A DNA stretch of 63,564 nt, counting the filler, from Octopus bimaculoides (lineage: Eukaryota): NCBI RefSeq assembly GCF_001194135.2. It is 10 parts of 7 records of this genome, joined end to end, with 100 filler letters (N's around TTAATTAATTAA, not from the genome) between each part and the next. Parts side by side here need not be neighbours in the genome. Positions count along the whole stretch, not along the records: positions 1 to 18,484 come from NC_068989.1; 9 more parts are not named here. One strand, written 5' to 3'. Of this stretch, positions 1 through 13,765 are shown piece after piece. The translations under genes and the position numbers were made by a program. The notes under the pieces were generated by a model that saw only the letters and a program-made list of their open reading frames with translations, made no database searches and was not told where the DNA came from. Positions within the stretch are counted from its first letter, which is position 1, and the number at the start of each line of letters is the position of its first letter.

Positions 1-1166
1 AAGTATATATATGCATGTGTTTTTTCTTGAAATGTATGTGGGTTTGTGCTCTGGTGTGGAGATACTGTGATTGTGTGTGTGTGTATATATGTGTGTAAGT
101 GTGTTCGTGTCGGAGGTTTGCATTGTATTGATGTGTGTGATTTTGCGTATCTGTGTGTCTTTGTTTTGGGCGTGCACCTGGGGAGGAGGCTTATGTTAGA
201 GTATGTTGAGCTGTGGTCTGTATTTTTGAATAAGATTATTTTCCCTATTTATTCGTGTTTGGTCAGTGGTGTTGTCTGAGCATTGGTATAATGGGAAAAC
301 TAGGAATTTGGGGGACTTGTTTTGTGCACACAGATCTAAGTGCCCAAAACGTTGAATTTGCACACATGTCTACGCATTTGTATACCTACCATTTCAATTC
401 TTTCCCTAGAAACAAGTTATTCATTGCAGAGCCAGGAATAGGCGATAGAAAAGTAGCTTTTGTTCTGTCAAAAATATAATAAACCTCTTTCAATAAGAAC
501 AATGTAAAATGTAATATTTGCTTGAAGAAAATGAGAAATGATGTGAAGTTCAAAGGATGAAATATTAATAGAAAACTATGTTTGCTATAAACAATCGCAT
601 GAATATTTAATATTCTAAGACAACGAAATCATGCGAGAGAGCCTTGTGACATATGGCAATAACTATAAATATATAGGAGCAGTAACGCCCCGAAAATTGA
701 AAACCCTTATATGATTACTAAAACTGTACATAGTGTAGCACGTGTAGCATGATTTTTATTTATCATGATGCGAAATACACAAAAAAGTATTGACATTTGG
801 CTTTTGTCAGACTGGTTGTTTTTTTCCATAATATTATTGATGAATACATGAGGATTGATGATATATTTAGAATGGCATATGATGTTTGTTGGAAAAGAAG
901 GGAGAAATAAACCAAAGTATTTCCGAAGGGGAAAAGCAGCATACGAAACGAAAGTGGAAACATGTTATCTGAAGAGTGTATCACGCCCAACTTATATCCA
1001 AAAGATATACAAATGAATAAAAGGGAACCATAAAAAAGATACACCTTGCACTACATTTTTGCAAACGAAGCTTAAAAGGCTCCGTGGTTTCAAGATTTCT
1101 ATTTTCTAGAATTTGAGTGTACTCGTACTTTAGTTTATTTATCTCTCTCTCTTTCTTTCTCTCTCT

Positions 1167-1206
<40 letters not shown>

Positions 1207-1212
1207 CACGTA

Positions 1213-1246
<34 letters not shown>

Positions 1247-1251
<5 letters not shown>

Positions 1252-1735
1252 GTCGGGGTGAATAAATTGTTCTCTAAATTACGCTAATATGAAAATAACA
1301 CTGACATCTCATTTTAGCACTTGTATTTACCAAAATTACATAAACATATCTTCATTTATCCAATAAAATCGCCGTTGGCTTCAACCATGGCCTCCAGTCA
1401 ACTTCGAAATCTCCTTCAACTCTTCTGAACGGTTTCCTTGTTTAAGTTGGGGAATATTGCCATAATCGTTGCCATCAGTTTATCCTTCGTGTTACAGGGA
1501 GATTTGTTGGTCTCTCGTTCATTTGCGTCCGACACAATAATCAGGGCTTTTCAGTTTGGAGAGTTAGGTGGCCAGATGTAAGGGTTGACGTGTTCGCAGA
1601 AATTGTCTGACATCCATGACTGCATTTTCGTGCTTGTGTGGCAAGGTGCAGGGTCCTGTTTGCCAGACATTGGATCCTCCAGCAACCACCTCCTTGATCC
1701 AGAAACTTGATGTGAGCCTTCGTGTTCAGTCATAG
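1247..1735 (-). mobile_element. Tc1/mariner transposase C-terminal fragment (decayed), probably running to the element end
   Basis: Minus strand reads QDPAPCHTSTKMQSWMSDNF...WPPNSPN*...ERETNKSPCNTKDKLMATIMAIFPNLNKETVQKS*RRFRS*LEAMVEANGDFI. This matches the second catalytic D (QD.APCH), the WPPNSPDLN motif and the typical C-terminus; in-frame stops are present. Confidence 0.85.
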
Positions 1736-2098
1736 AGCGCGTGGGTAGATGAATGGAAGAATAACGTCGCCATCACTAGTGATCACTCCAAACACTGGAT
1801 GCGTGATTCTTTTGTTTTTGGTACATGTTCTCAGATTGCACTGACCTTAAGACACCCAAACAATCTGAAATGTTTGAATTGGAGCTTCCGATGCAAAGCA
1901 GTACAGCATGTCGTTTCCAAATTTCTGGCAAGGTGAATTGCTTCATGGTACTGTTTTTCTCACAAACGGTGCCCAACATACCCCACTATACTGTGTAGTC
2001 AACAAAATCAAAAATAATCAATGGTGAAAATTTACACATCGCAACCTGTATATATCTGTATGTATGTATGTATGTATGTATGTATGTATGTATGTATG

Positions 2099-2151
<53 letters not shown>

Positions 2152-2162
2152 CTCTCTCACCG

Positions 2163-2288
2163 TCAACTCTTCTGAACGGTTTCTTTGTCTAAGTTGGGGA
2201 ATATTGCCATAATCCTTGCCATCAGTTTATCCTTCGTGTTACAGGGAGATGTGTTGGTCTCTCGTTCATTTGCGTCCGACACAATAAT
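2163..2288 (-). mobile_element. Second copy of the Tc1 fragment at 1416-1541
   Basis: About 126 bp nearly identical to 1416-1541 (tcaactcttctgaacggttt...gcgtccgacacaataat), with a few substitutions. Confidence 0.85.
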
Positions 2289-5200
2289 ATTAGGGACAAA
2301 ATCCAAAATTACAGGTAAAATGCTCAATTAAAATCAATTTATAAAAATTAAAATTAAATTGAGCCTTATAGATAAAGTATATATAAAATATATAGTTTTA
2401 GGGAAAATAACCAATTTTCAAGAACTCATCGATGAAAATCCACTATCACATATAGAAAAATTAATAATTAAAAGCACAATAAATGAGTATAATATAAAGT
2501 AAAGTAAATATCATACGATAAATATAATAAAAAGATTACACGTGTTTCATAACCAATTTTCAAATAGAAAAGAAAATTAAATCGATTAAAATCAATTGAA
2601 ATTATCGAAAATACATTCTATTCAAAAATATAGCTACTCGTCAGATCGTAAGTGGAACTATAATTAGATATATATCTCAACCAACAATAAGTACCAAATG
2701 AATTAANNNNNNNNNNNNNNNNNNNNNNNNNNNNNNNNNNNNNNNNNNNNNNNNNNNNNNNNNNNNNNNNNNNNNNNNNNNNNNNNNNNNNNNNNNNNNN
2801 NNNNNNNNNNNNNNNNNNNNNNNNNNNNNNNNNNNNNNNNNNNNNNNNTATGTATGTATGTATGTATATCTGCTGAGTTCGGCTGCTCTACATTGATAAG
2901 AGGCAAATACCCTGAAACTAGTCTGGCATCTACATGCCAAACCAGCAAGGGGGAACGGCTGACCTCCCCTGTTTGAAGGTTATAATGAGACAAGTTCGTG
3001 TGTCACATAGCTATCTAGAGGCGATGGCGTCTTGGAGCTAATCAACGGCAGCATTCGTTCTATTTTTCTGGACTGACTGCCATGTTAGCTTGACGATAAC
3101 TATTAATATGTATGTATGTATGTATGTATATATTTATATATGTATATATATACATTCATATCTGTACATAAACACACAAGTACAAACACAATCACATTCT
3201 CAAATGCACAGTTATGTTATATAATACTCAAACGACTTTTTCGCATCATTAATTCCTTTTTTTATGAACCAGCCAACATGCAGTTAGACGAGAGAGAAAA
3301 AGATAGAACGCTCTTCTCTACCCAACCAAATTCTGCATAATCACAAATATCGAGTACTAACGAAGCTATTCGTACGTTACAAAGACCGATGCAGCCAGCT
3401 CACTTTGGCAAATTTTGTGCGAAAGATTCTCAGAGTGAAGACATCTACAAGTGGATACCGAGCACGTTTTTCGAAGAGTCAGTACTCCACAAAATGTTGA
3501 CACATACCGATACAAAGTGATGTATGTGGTAGGCAGCTTGATATCAACAGACAGCAGCACAGATAATGGGCACAAAATATTATAAAGGCACTGAGTAAAT
3601 AGAATTAAATGATGAGAAAATGGAGAAAATGACAGAAAAACACGAAAAGCAGAAAAAGTTTGATTGCATTAATTTGCCATTTTGCTGTTAGCATACAGAA
3701 AAAAATAATTAAGGAGCTGCCTAATGAAGTTTGATCTTTCTATTCGAAGATCTTTCTTCCGGACAATGGAAGAACAACAAGAGCAATAAGAAATGAAGAT
3801 ATCCCGTTTTAGACACAATCCAAAGAAAAATGGAGAAGGAATATCTTGTCAGAACCCCGTTCATCATATTTATCAAGCAAAATTGTTTGTAAATTAACTT
3901 GCCATTGTAGTGAAATATTTTTCTTTGTTTGCACTAACCTTAAGCATGACCCGTAGGTCACTTTAAAACCAAACAATTAAGGAAAGAGAGATGGAGATAA
4001 AAGAATTTATAAAAGTTCTGACGGCAATAAATAGTTTAAATGGGATGACTATAAAGGAGCTAATAAAATGAAGGGACCATAAAAAAATATTGATAAAAAT
4101 ATTAATGTGAAGGAGAGAGACAGTATTACATAATGCACGTGATAACCTTGGATTTAAAAATTATCAATATCATATCCAGTTGAAACTTAAGTTTTGAATT
4201 TAGTCCACAATTTAAGATGTACTAAACAATAAAATAACACAGATTTGCCAATGGAACTGTAACTTCTATAGGATTGCACGTTCTGGAAACTGAATTCCAA
4301 AACAGAACGTTTTTGACTATAACACTTGGAATGAAACTCAACAAATTCAATGTGAGAAACGCTTGTTATCTCCGGCTGTAATCACGGATAGTGTTAATCA
4401 TATTACACTACACATTCAAAAGTATAAGAACGTATTCGGTAGAAACCACCCAAAGTTGTGAGGAGTACTCTAATTAAGATCCGACTTGTAAATTTACAAA
4501 AGAGATTCACGCGTTAAAAACACATTTGAGCGGCAAAAAGTGCACTGTATTTTAGCTTCAGATCTAATAATAGATGTAAAACAGGAGCTTCATAAAGCAG
4601 GTATACATTTGAGAGTTAAGAGTCTACTCCGATAAGGGAACTACTTCAAGTTTGTCCCGTCAATGGACATAGGTGTAAAATTAGGAATTTTGTTATTGTG
4701 GTTGAAAAAAATACAAGATAGTTCGTGGAAGTATTAAGTATACATTGCTCGATTTTATTTACTGTTCGTTTCTATTTAGGTCATCCGAAATATCTTGTGC
4801 TACGTCCCAAATATCTGATGATCGAAAGATATGCTAGTATAGTGATATTTTCCACGAAATTGTACTTGTAAACATTGTACGAAAATAAACAAATAAATAA
4901 CACTAATCTAAGCTAATTCAAATTCCGTGAGGCAACACAACCTCACATTGATTCAGAAAAGAGAACTGGACATAGAAATATATTTTATGCCGCTGAGCGA
5001 GATGACTACATTTCTTAATTTGATTATAAGTCCAAAGAAGTATTTCCAACATTTTGCCATGGGCACCAAGAGAGTCCTCACACTAAGCAGATGTAGATAA
5101 ATGTTAAAGAGTAAGTGTAACACATTTTTTTTAATGTTTTAAATTTTGACACGGGTATATCTAAGAGTCTTCCTAATATCGGCACTAGCAACAGTTTTCT

Positions 5201-6624
5201 ATCTTATTTGGTTTTAAGAGACGATCTCCATATTTTACCTGAATTATATCTCAGGGCCATTCTTTTTTTTAAGGAAACAAAACTCGCAAAATATTTCTAA
5301 TCAACAAACCATAGAAAGACGATGGTCAATGCAATTGTCTGTATGCGTGTGAATGTCCATGTGCAAATATGTGTGTACGTGTGACTGCAGTGTGTGTGTA
5401 TGCGCGTGCGAAGGCGCTTATTTTAGTAACTCAGATATACTTCTGGTCGCTACTAGCTGAAAAGAGGTGAATAGTAAGTTTGAACACAACAATGTGTAGG
5501 AGTAAATGTTTAGCCATTTGAACATACAAAGTATTGTCGGTGATCTGTTTGCGAGGGCTACGGTTAACATTATATTAATGTATTTCTAATATCTGTGACG
5601 TAGTGCTACGGGAAATATACAACTTAACTAAGGTAGTTTGGAAGTTATTCATTCATATCAGGGGAAATATCAGCCAGTAAATTAAACACAGCTAATATCT
5701 TCAATATCTTCCCAAAATATATATATTTTAGTGCATCTTGATTGTTTCATGTTGAAATTCTACGAAATCTTTCCATTTTATGTATCACACTTATGGGAAA
5801 CGTTCATTGAAAAACGTTAATATCTTTTAGCAGTATTATCGCCGAAGAGAAAAAAGTTGTTATTAATGTAATTTGTAAATGTTTGAAAATGTATAGATAT
5901 AATCGCTATAAATGTTTTTTCAATATATCTCAGCCATCAATATTACCCACTATTTGTATTCATAGCTCTACTGAGATTAATATCGGAGTTAAATCTATAT
6001 GTATTGATTAGTGCAAACCACTCTCGCGTTCTCGTCTCATGCAGCAAGTAAGGAGCAGCTAACGGTATTATCCATTATGCTAAATTCAAATGTCAGTTCC
6101 CAGGTTCGTATCCATTTTATTTATTACTTACTACGAAATTTTAAATATATAGCTGATAAAAATAAATTCTGTAATATCGATATTGTGGAATTCAATTTAA
6201 TATATATTAAAATATTAGCAGCAACGCAAAAAGGGAACTAAAATATTCGCTAAATATTTTTATATAATGAATTTTAAGCAAGAATGATTTTTAAATTAGT
6301 TTCTACGACTACAAAAGCCAACAAAATAGAACAAATATTATCAATGTAGTATTAAGACAATACTAAATTAGTGAATTTGTTTAATGATAAACATTTATTT
6401 GGAAGCCGTAATGATATATTTGATCGACTTAATGCGAGTATGCAATTAGTTCTTTAAACACAAATTAATAAACAAAGAACATTGAACTTCAAAACAAAGA
6501 TGGCGTAATATTCGTTCGTTTGCACACTGCCTACATAATATCATTTCCTCTTGTTATATAATTATTAATGTCTTCACCGTAAATATCATGAGGACAGAAA
6601 TGATATTATTAACAAAATACATTC

Positions 6625-6760
6625 TGCTGAGGTCGACTTTGCTATTCATCCTTTCAGGGTCGATAAATTAAGTAACAGATACGTACTCGGGTCGATGTAA
6701 TCGACTGGTCCCCTCCATCAAAATTTCAGGCCTTGTGTCTATAACAGAAAGGATTATTAA
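6625..6760 (+). mobile_element. SINE family A (gaggtcgactttgcctttcatcctttcggggtcgataaattaagtaccag core), partial
   Basis: Core recurs many times in the window and ends in an (att)-type tail; from memory it resembles octopus SINEs carrying a Meta-like domain. Confidence 0.8.
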
Positions 6761-7556
6761 CAAAATACACTTATCCATTCTTTATTACTCAATATGAATT
6801 TAAGAAAAAAGTTGTCCTCTCTTGGAATTGAACTCAATTGTTATAATGTACACAATTCCATACTGCCGTGATTAGTCAACGTCTTCATACCACGATCACT
6901 CCAACAGTTAGTTCCTTTCAGTTATAACGTTTACTCATTTCACATCTTTTATATCTACATCATCTTTGAAAGCATGAACTTTTAATCGATAATTTATTCC
7001 TTACGTTGATTTGCTACGTTGATTTTCCAAACATCGCATTAGCAAAAGGCGACACTCTTCTATCGAACTTTATTGTAATAATTATGACGTAGACAAAAGA
7101 GGGTCTAACTATGATGTTATTAATAGAACATTTCGTTGCGTATTAGGCTATTCATTTCCTTTTGCTTCGCCCTTTGGAAACTAGCAATATAAACACAGCT
7201 TTGCGTTTTGTTACATTCAGTTAGAACATCAATTTTTCGACATATTATTGACTATATACACGCTTTTGTGATAACTTTCTGTGACCTGCGATAACCTTTC
7301 AAAATTTTGTATTATCTTTGGTTATTACAACATGGATAATGGATGATTTTTCAATTGTATTCTGCCTTTTGATGAATCATAGAATACTTAAAATGCTTTA
7401 TATTTAGTTTCAACATCAACTAACTGAAACAGTTGAGTCAATCTTTTCTTCATGTCATTTAACTGTTTTGCGTATATATGAAGCTGAATAGCATCATGTC
7501 CTATATTAGTTTAATGCCGTAACGTAACTTGTAATGTTCAGTTAGTTAAGCTTTTA

Positions 7557-7960
7557 TTCTTTTATTCTTTTACTTGTTGCAGTCGTTTGACTGCGGCCAT
7601 GCTGTAGCACCGCCTTTAGTCGAACAAATCGAGCTCAGGACTTATTCTTTGTAACCCTAGTACTTATTCTATCGGTTCTATTTTGCCGAATCGATAGATT
7701 ACAGGGACGAAAAGACACCAGTATCTGTTTGTCAAGCGATAGTGGGGGATCAAACATAGACACACAAACACACACACACACACACACACACACATTTAGA
7801 TATAACGGGCTTCTTTCCGTTTCCGTCTACCAAATCCACTCACCAGGCTTTGGTCGGCCCATGGCTATAATAGAGGACACTTGCCCAAGTTGCGACGCAG
7901 TAGAACTGAACGCGGAATCATGTGGTTGAGAAGCAAGGTTCTTACCACACAGCCAGTCCT
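7557..7960 (-). mobile_element. Composite SINE: CORE-like family B (accttgggcaagtgtc...ggaaactgaaagaagccc) + (CA)n + family C
   Basis: Reverse complement matches the copies at 16000-16410, 55770-56085 and 59670-59930, with a tRNA-like head (ggctgtgtggtaagaa...ggttc). Confidence 0.8.
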
Positions 7961-10335
7961 TATTTCAGTTGAAGGGGATAACCAAATCAAATAATAATGA
8001 ATATCGATTTATAATTTTTTCGCAAATATCTTTATTGTAATGCAAATAATGATTCAGTTGAGGATATCATGGTAGATTCTCTTATTTCGAAGACAAAGCA
8101 ATATGGTAAAACGCTAAAATGTCGATATAGATTATGGATATCATATGCTGATAAAAATTATATGAAATATATATTAATAATATAGTATTTGAACTATGAG
8201 TTAATGACACAGCCATTCTTATTTTCGAAATGATCATAAGAAGACGTATTGGAGAAGCAATTAACTAGATTAAATCATTATACAATGATAGGTAATGAAT
8301 ACAAATAATTTTACGTTTACTATGTGTAGGAAGCTATACGGTGTGTAATAAAATGACTGAAACGTTGTAAAATGTGTAAGAGCGTGTATATATCCCTATT
8401 TTATATTTATGCACTGCTTCAATACAGGAACGTCCATGACATGCATGAATATGTGAATGTGTGTGTATGCTTGCAAGGATTAATGTTTAAGGTGATGAAT
8501 ATAAGAAATAGGCATGAGGAAGTAAGATGGTTTGGAGGAGACAGAATTCATTTTGGAAGCGCTAAACAGATTTCATTTATTCTGAAATCATAGTAACATA
8601 ATGCAAATGTGGATTCCTTAATTATTATTCAATAAAAGAAATTGTAATTCGGTGGAGGGATCAAATACTTAATATTTTAGGTTGTCATTTAGTGTGTTTC
8701 ATATCTTCAACTAGTTTATAGTTCAATTAAACAAACACCAGTTCTATAATTGTAGTTGATATCTTCATTTAAAATATTCCGTTTTGGTACCTATAAACAT
8801 ATTCATAAGCAACAGCTATGTAATGGATAGTTTCAGTGTTTATGAATATCTTTTGTGATATTCAGTTTCTTCTAGCAAATAACAACTTAGACCGAACAAC
8901 ATATTTTTGTCTTTCACTTTATTAAGAGAATTTCGAAGCATTAGCACCACGATGGCTATCATCATAAACTCAACAAATGATTAAACCATATAACTATTTC
9001 TATTATCTTTAACACCATCATAACAATAATTACTCTTCACCCTCGACCCATATCAAACACTGATATTGGCTCTGTTCCTATCACCACGCAATGCTATACG
9101 AAAATACTAAATTTTATGTAGGAAGAAACCAATTCTTTTGTATCAAAATATTGGATTATGTTGCAGACTTGAAACAGAAATTAATATCTTAATGAAGCAT
9201 AAAAATATTGATCTTCACAACAATGGCGCATGGTCAGAAATACTTAATGATGAGACATACTAAAATAAACTGACGCCAGCTTTTTACTATTAATTATTTC
9301 ATCAATCCTGGGTGAAAAAGAAATGATGTTGTCACAATAGGTATCTGAACTCAAATGAAAGAGCTCCATTTAATAGCCTTTATTATATCAAAACTTCTAT
9401 AGAGTTAGTTGACTTCAGAACATAACGAATCTCATGTAATTAGATTAACTGCTACAGTGGTATCAGTTCCTCGTAGATGGGCTCGTTCCTTTCAGACACT
9501 CACAATCCACTTGTCATTTACTGTCCAAACATCATACGCTGTACTATCCACTTAACAAAGTCCTTCACTTTGAGGACATCGGCCATCCGGAATTCCTTGA
9601 TTTATCCATGATATTTATGCAGATTTCATCTCGCAGCAATTCAGGGAGATTATAATCTTGCCCATTTCAACAATAACTGAGATCAACTAAAGGCTATGAA
9701 TACATCTCCCAGAAAAATAAAGTTAAAATTAAACAATACTCTCTTAATTCTATACAAGTAAATGTCACTAAACTGCATTGGACTTCATACTTTAATTCAC
9801 TCTTGTCTCAAAATTATTATAAATAGTTAACGCATAAACATATACTACAGTACTATAACCATTTCCAGTTTACAAGAAATTACAATTGCAAAGCTTATCA
9901 CATCAAAAATATTATGCCTATTATATGAAATGTTATCACCAGTAAAATCCAATACAAGCTATATTTTATTGTTTGGAAGCTAATATTAAAATAGTTGGCT
10001 TTCTAATTAATAAAATATCTCAATGGTGTCCCATTCACGCTATAGCATCAAAATATTCAAATTGGTTAAGAATATAAAGAAAAATAAAGGCATCACTGTT
10101 TAGCATTGTTTGGCACCCCGATCGACCTTAGGGTAGATCATTCTGCTATTTTAGGAGTCCCATTAACTATGAGTAGTTCAAATTCGTAGAGCTTTTCTCC
10201 TCTTTGAGCTACCGAAAATGATCGCCTATACTTACCCCTCTTCTACGTGCCGTCTCCTCTATGTTAGTTGTTGTCTTGTTTCTCCACCGTCCCTCAGTTA
10301 ATCGTTAGCTGTTAATAATATTCCTAACCTTACAG

Positions 10336-10406
10336 TTTACCCGTGGGTTCATCTTACAAACTATAGAATTGTTCTCCGTACATGCTCTACCAACATGTGC
10401 AATTAG
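10336..10406 (+). CDS. Candidate terminal coding exon ending C-S-T-N-M-C-N-stop (LU/Ly6 three-finger-like C-terminus)
   Basis: Acceptor ttcctaaccttacag includes a ctaac branch-like motif. Phase-1 frame reads YPWVHLTNYRIVLRTCSTNMCN*. No partner exons were identified. Confidence 0.25.
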
Positions 10407-11071
10407 AGCATAGAGGCCTGGTTAATAATATAGAGGTTAAGGTATTATAAACACATGGAACAAACACGACACTTGGACAATTACAGAGGCTACACCAATA
10501 GTAATGGACAGACCGACCCACAACCGAAAATATGAATGAAATATTTACACCCCCAACATCACACTATGCTAAACGACGACCAAAGACGGGAAAGAACGAC
10601 AGATGCAAACAGTATATGTGATCCTCCCCCACACACACAAACACACACACCACATATACACACACTTCTGATAATATATAAGAAGAGAGATAAATAAGTA
10701 AATAAATGAAAGAAAATAAAACTATATAGTAAAGAAACCCGTATGCACACAAAACAATAACACACACACGTATAAAACACCTGGAGACGCGTACACACAT
10801 ACACATGAAAGCAAACGCACGTACAGATCAGGATACACTCCATAAAAAGTTAAAATGGACTAAAAAGAATAGGAGGAGACACGTGAGATGGAAGAGTTGG
10901 TGAAGAAGTGACAGGTGAGATGAAAGATTTCCAGACAATGGACATAAGATAAAATAAGAACAAGAATAAAAAAAAGGATAGAATGAATGTATATCGCGTG
11001 TTTATTTGGCAAGAAAAAAGTTACCGTCCTGACATATAACAATAGATGCATGTATGTGTGTATGTGCGTGC

Positions 11072-11117
<46 letters not shown>

Positions 11118-11319
11118 TCTCCCAATTTTTTTTTTCTCCGTGTTTTTCTCCTTGTCTCCGTATTCTTTCTGTTGAAGAGCGTAGCTCGAAACGTCAAAGA
11201 CTTTCCGTATTCCCGAGCGTCATACTAATATATACTTTTGTTATTTACACCACCTGTCCTCGTCTGTTGTTATTATTTGTATNNNNNNNNNNGAGAGAGA
11301 GAGAGAGAGACAGAGAAAC

Positions 11320-11387
<68 letters not shown>

Positions 11388-11769
11388 GGATGGATATAAA
11401 TACATACACACGCACAAGCATATAAACACACGCAAACACAGACAGGCACGCATACACATGCAGACACACACACACACAGGCATGTATACATAGTGAAGAG
11501 TTGTAAAATTTACCAGTTTTCGTTTGTTTGCGATATTGAAAACTCATAGCTTAAATCTTTCCAAGTGGTTTTTGAAGTAAACAAAGCCTGAGATTTCATT
11601 CTATTCAAAGCAAAAATAATAATAAAAATTTGGCAATCCAAATAAAGTTGTATTTACAATTTCTATCTAAATATGAATACACGAAGATATGTCTAGCAAA
11701 ACTTTCTTTTTGATAGATCATTTGAATTAATATACATTGAAGTTTGATATCAATGCTGAGGTCTCAACG

Positions 11770-12222
11770 AGTAACCTTGTACTCCCGCTCCTCTAAGTCA
11801 TGGTCGGATCGTCGGTGATTAATTTTATACGATGAACTTTCCAACGGAAGGAGACGCCGTGGCCGTCTCCTCCATCGATACAAATACCAGCTGAATCAAA
11901 GTCTAAAACTGACTGTAATCGATCCCAAAGCCTGGGACATTGAAGCTGAGGACAGATCATTTTGAAGCTGAACAACAGAGGAAAGAAGAAGAGAAACGAC
12001 AAGAAAGAAAATGGAGGCTGCAACAACCACAGCCTCCACCACGGATCCATTATGAACTTTGCAATAGGTACTTCCATGCAAGAATCGGCCTCATAGGTAA
12101 TCAGAGGCATAAACACGGACAGAGCGGAAGAAGCAGTCAAGAAGAAGCCGAATAAATCATCAATCATCGGATACACGATAAAACGTCGACGACGACGACT
12201 ACGACGACGACTACGACGACAT
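11770..12222 (+). mobile_element. RTE-clade LINE 3' end (decayed), with C-terminal zinc finger and (gac)n tail
   Basis: Reads ...YDELSNGRRRRGRLLHRYKYQLNQSLKL...DPKAWDIEAEDRS.../HFEAEQQRKEEEKRQERK...IHYELCNRYFHARIGLIGNQRHKH, which matches RTE/BovB-like RT C-termini. It ends in a gacgacgac tail. Confidence 0.8.
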
Positions 12223-12454
12223 TGCAGTACTATGAATCGGGATTTTAAAATAGATTATGGTAATAAAAACGTACTGAAAATTACATATTCATGCATACAC
12301 AAGAAAAAAAAATGTGAGATAAATTATGTGATTGCCAGAATTAATTACCAATATTATTTCCTATTGTTGCTTTCTAAATAAAGGTAGGCCGACTTTAAAT
12401 GTTATCACTAAGTATAACTTCCAAAGAATTGAAATATATTGAAATATTCTTTTC

Positions 12455-13765
12455 TATTCAAAGCACAAGGTCCGAAATTTTAGGGATGGAGCCAGTCGAT
12501 TAGATCTACCATAGTACGCAATTGGTACTTAATTTATCGACCCCGAAATAATTTCAGCAAATTCGACTTCTGCTGAAATTAAACTCAGAACGTAAAGACA
12601 AACCGAAAGACCTGTAAGCATTTCGTCCGGCGTGCTAAAATTTCTTATTTCTTTTCTGCCCACAAGGGGCTACACACAAACGAATTAAGTTAATTATATC
12701 GAGGCAAAATCGTTCTCAGCAGAATTTGCACTCAGACCATAGCGGCAGACGAAATACCGCTAAGCATTTCGCCCGGCGTGCTAACGTTTCTTATTTTTTT
12801 ACTGCCTACAAGGGGCTATACACAGAGGGGACAAACAAGGACAGACAAACGGATTTAGGCAATTATATCCACACCAGTGCGTAACTGGTACTTATTTAAT
12901 CGACCCCGAAAGATTGAAAGGTAAAGTCGACATCGACGGAATTTGAACTCAGAACGTAGCGGCAGACGAAATACCGCTAAACATCTCGCCCGGCGTGCTG
13001 ACGTTTCTGCTAGCTCGCCGCCTTTATCGCTTATGTATCTAAATACTAAGGAAGCTTGAACCCTGCGTTATATATTTTCTGTTACTTTTATGTTCTACTC
13101 TGAATAAAAAATATATAGTTTATCTAATAATCCTTCCTACCACAGGCAGAAGCCCTGAAATTATGTATGCTTCGGAGGTCGGGGTGAGTGAATTAATTTG
13201 GCGTTAGTACTTTACTGGTACTTAATTCATCGACTCCAAAAGAACGAAAGGCAAAGTCGATCTCGGCGGAGTTTGAAATGAGAACGTAAAATCAGAATCG
13301 TAAAATCTGCTAGCCCGCCAGACATATTTTGTTTGCTTAATAATCCTTTCTACTAAAAACACAATGCTTGAAAATTTGGGAAGAGGACTAGTAGATTACA
13401 TCGACACCAGTACGTGACTGGTATCTATTTTATTGATCCCGAAATGATAAATGGCAAAGTCGATCTCGGTGGAATTCGAAATCAGAATGTAATGTCGGCT
13501 TGCTAACGATTCTGCCAGCTCACCAGACTTATTTTGCTTATTTAATAACCCTTTCTGCTATAGACACAATGCCTGAAATTTGGGAGAGAGGGATAGTTTA
13601 TTACATAGAACCCAGGACTCGACTGGTACCTATTTTATCGATCTCGAAATGATGAATGGCCAAGACCACCACGGCCGCACTTGAACTCAGCACGTAAAGA
13701 CACAAAATACTGCCAAGCATTTCTCCCGGCGTGCTAGCGATTCTGCAAGCTCGCCGCTCGCTGCC
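12455..13765 (-). mobile_element. Head-to-tail cluster of about 6 SINE family A copies
   Basis: Repeated blocks ggtacttaatttatcgaccccgaaa...ggcaaagtcgac...ttgaactcagaacgta...gcatttcgcccggcgtgctaacg at about 12520, 12700 (partial), 12890, 13220, 13420 and 13620. Confidence 0.85.

Noticed and set aside
4815-4835. ctgatgatcgaaag hammerhead-like core
   Set aside because: Only 2 nt lie between CUGAUGA and GAAA, so no stem II can form; the same applies to the ctgacgatcgtcgaaa motif near 51215 (minus).
9430-9700. Protein-like minus-strand stretch (GRCPQSEGLC*VDSTAYDVWT...)
   Set aside because: Stops in all frames and no identifiable family; left unassigned.
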